In this document: piece by piece, positions 61,048 through 64,000 of the stretch
Layout of the letters: each line of letters opens with the position of its first letter
Position numbering within the stretch: the stretch's first letter is position 1
Assembly (NCBI GenBank): GCA_026023565.1
Contig: JAPETS010000032.1
Coordinates: forward strand, 62,001-126,000
Reading direction: 5' to 3'
DNA length: 64,000 bases
Origin: Cirrosporium novae-zelandiae
Lineage: Eukaryota
Translations under genes and position numbers: made by a program
Notes under the pieces: generated by a model
Told to the model about the DNA's origin: nothing
Seen by the model: only the letters and a program-made list of their open reading frames with translations
Databases searched by the model: none

Positions 61048-64000
61048 TTACTGATTTGCTTGCAATTCCCGCACATATTCTTGAGCCCTAGCCTTGACAT
61101 TTTCCACAGACTTCGTATCCCCTTGCTTTTCCTCAAATTTCAACCACCGGTCGAAAAAATGCTTGGCCTGCTTGGCCTTTAGTTTCTTGCTCGTTGCACG
61201 TCCGAACACCTGCCGGATTTGCTCCTTGTCGCCCTTGGCCATCTCCTGGTCCAGAAGCGCATTCCAGAGATCTAGCTTCTTGGGGAATGTGTCAAGGAGG
61301 CCTTCAAACAATGTTCGCCCGCGCTCGGCATCTCCATTTGGTGATCGGAACTCAAGGCGAGCAAAGTTGCATGTGACTTTGACCTGTAAAAACTTCGGTA
61401 GCGCCTGTATGGCTCGAGGAAGGAGAGCACGCGCTTGATCTGGCTCTGCTAGAGTATCCATGAGGAAGCATGCGTAGTTTGTCCACACTTCAGGGTCTTG
61501 CGAGAATTTCTTGACCAGTGCTTGGTAGAGTTCTTTGACTTTCTGTTATAATTGTCAGCTAGTAATTACCAATGCCGAATGAGAAGCACTTACTTTCAGC
61601 TTGTTGGTGTCAGTCTTTCCGGAAGTATTGTAGGATCTGATGAATGAGGAAATGAGTGCCTCGTATATCTTTTGAGCATCGTTGTATTGGCAAGCACGTT
61701 CGAAGACTTCTTCTACCGTCTCGTCTGTTCCATACTCTGCTTCCAGATTTAACCGAGCAACCCAGATATCGAACTTTACTTCGGTCGCTGTTATATTGAT
61801 GGTCTGGAGTGCCCTTTCTGATATTTCCCGAGCTTTGTCCATTTCTCCTAGGCCCAACTGGAAAGCCATGTAGTCGATCCAAAGTTCTGAGTTGTTCGGT
61901 TCACCAATTAGATGCCGCTCGAAGTCTGCTATCGATTTTGGACCTTGGGTGTCAAGATCTCCTGTTTTGTCCACATCATTTTCCTCTGCCCTCTTCCGTG
62001 CTTTCCTTTGAGAGCTTTTGCTTTGTATCTCGGGTTCTGATTGGGCACCTTGATCTTCATTGTCTGCGATGCCACCGGTCCAATCAAAACCACCGGTGCT
62101 GAGACCGTTTGTCTTGAGTGGGCGGGGGTTCTCCTCGTCCGAACTATTATTATCGTCGTCGTCGCTGTCGTCGCTGTCGTCACTTTCTTCATCATCATCA
62201 TCCTCCATCTCGATATCGGCAACTCCAGCACCTCCATCTGAGCTGTCTTCACTTTCTTCGTCCTGTTTCATAAGATCGTCCTTGTCCTCAGGAGCATCTT
62301 CCATTTTTTGATCTGCCTTACTATCCGCATCTTGTTCCCGCTCCACAAAGTAAGAAGCCTTCAAACCGAAGCTTATCCGACGTTTCTCTAGCTCAATCTT
62401 CAAGACTACCGCTTTTACAGCATCACCTTCACTATACAGTTTTTTCACATCCGCCACCCTCTCTTCTGCCATCTCACTTTGATGACACAGTCCGCTGACA
62501 TTTGCAGATCCATCGACCACAATAAAGACCCCGAAATCTCCAACCTTCCGCACCTTGCCGGTAATGATCTGACCAACTTTCATATCATGGAATGTGAGGG
62601 GAGGAACGTAATTTTCATCATTAAGAATAGACTCCTTTAGGGTCATTTGAATGTGGTTCAAAAGCGGATCAAGGGATATAATTTTGCCCTTCACTAGTTG
62701 ATCGACTTGAAAGTTATTCTTCCAATCTTTGATAAAGGAGTCAGAAAGATCGGTTATCCGCACATATCCAGTCACATCATTGCCAAGGGTAACGAATAGG
62801 CCATTGTTTGCAACATGCTTGACAAAGCCTCTTACAACATTGCCGACTTTGAGTCGTTCGGCAGAGGTAACTACAGGATCTTTGATGGGTAAAGAAGAGC
62901 TCAAGACCTTCGATGGACGCATTGAAAGTGAGACTCGCTTATTCGGGATGTCGACAGAAGTAATACAAACTCGCACCATTTGGTTCCTTGTGTAGTTGGA
63001 AGGCTTGGCATTATCGTAATTGTCGTCAAGTTCGAGTAGAGAAACAGTACCAGAAAGGCCGTCCCCAAGTTGGACAATTACTTGTCGTTCCATTGTTTTT
63101 GTAACTCTTCCATGGAGGACCATACCTTGCGAAAGACTATCTAGCGTCACTCTTGTGGAAGTCTTTTGGGACCTAGCAGACAGATCAAGCTTTCCTTGCT
63201 CATGGTTCACCCCCGTCACTTCGACCTTGAGTGCAGAACCTATTGGGAAGTTTGTCCCTAAGTCCTCAAGTAGAGACAAATCGTCTGAAATCTCCATCAA
63301 GCGGATTCGACCTCGGATGCTCGGTGAAAGATTTACCCACACACAATCAGCATTAATATTATTGACAAAAGCCACCCAAGAAGATCCAATTTCCATTTGG
63401 TCTAATGAGAGAAGATCGTATTTAGTTCCTTTTTGCTTGCTTGGCTTAGCCGTTAATTCAAGGACTGGCTGCTTTGTACTACGATGGGTGATGGGTAGAA
63501 ATTTATGATTCCTTGAATCGTGGAGTCCAATAATGCGTACGGAAAGGATATCTCCTTTTTTGTATTGGCGAAGGGGTTGTTTCGGGTCTTTAATATTGTC
63601 CCAAGAGTCAAACACTTCAGACACATCGACTCGACCTTGCACACCGTCTGCCAGCTCCATATTGAGTTGAGTATTCTTGACAGATGTGATCTTAGCCTTC
63701 GTAAGCTTCCCTAAGACAAAGTCATTGAGCGACATCGAAACACCATCTACCGGATTTGTAGCAGGTCTTTCGGGAACTTTTGAATCGACCTCTTCAACTT
63801 TCCCCTTTTGGGTAAGATAAAACCTTTCCTGCGAGTAATCAATTCGTTGTACTCGGGCAGAAATTGACTGGAAGCGGCGCAAGCCAAAGGCGGGCAAATC
63901 AAGAGCTTCCATAGGTATCTGGTTCTTCCAGAGTAAGCCGGTGAGCCGGCTAGCGAATCGCACGAAGACTCCTTCGGGTGTGATATTATGAACGAAACCT
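61048..64000 (-). CDS. RRP5: rRNA biogenesis protein Rrp5, 3' part (5'-partial)
   Basis: Tandem S1 domains (GQIITGKVRKVGDFGVFI...SGLCHQSE...RISFGLK), an acidic linker and HAT/TPR repeats (DFERHLIGEPNNSELWIDYMAFQL; ERGRTLFEGLL..FPKKLDLW). Intron at 61593-61543. Confidence 0.95.

Noticed and set aside
21097..64000. Ribosome-biogenesis gene cluster (CCDC137-like, RRB1, IRS4, RRP5)
   Set aside because: The genes are widely spaced among unrelated genes, which is compatible with chance.

Overview
Eukaryotic DNA from a filamentous ascomycete (Pezizomycotina-like). It has short GT-AG introns with CTRAY branch points and low-complexity intergenic tracts. I found no rRNA, tRNA or CRISPR. The conserved backbone carries a fungal transcription-factor-like gene, a DUF4211 protein, a Kelch-repeat membrane-anchored protein, an oleate hydratase, a CCDC137-like protein, Spg1/Tem1 GTPase, Rrb1, an AmdX/Adr1-type C2H2 factor, Nha1, Irs4/Tax4, DNA ligase IV, a conserved hypothetical protein and the 3' part of Rrp5. 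Two accessory-looking islands stand out. The first (1-3000) holds a Spok-like (spore-killer family) ORF whose nuclease motif is degenerate and which stops before any kinase domain. It is followed by a frameshifted FTA2-type kinase-like gene and a small Trp-rich ORF. The second (28200-33400) holds a G/T satellite with RIP-like TpG>TpA divergence, a 4-exon orphan membrane-protein gene that the ORF track splits into two unlinked ORFs, and a stop-riddled coding relic. All family calls come from recalled motifs, not database searches. Exon boundaries were read by eye.
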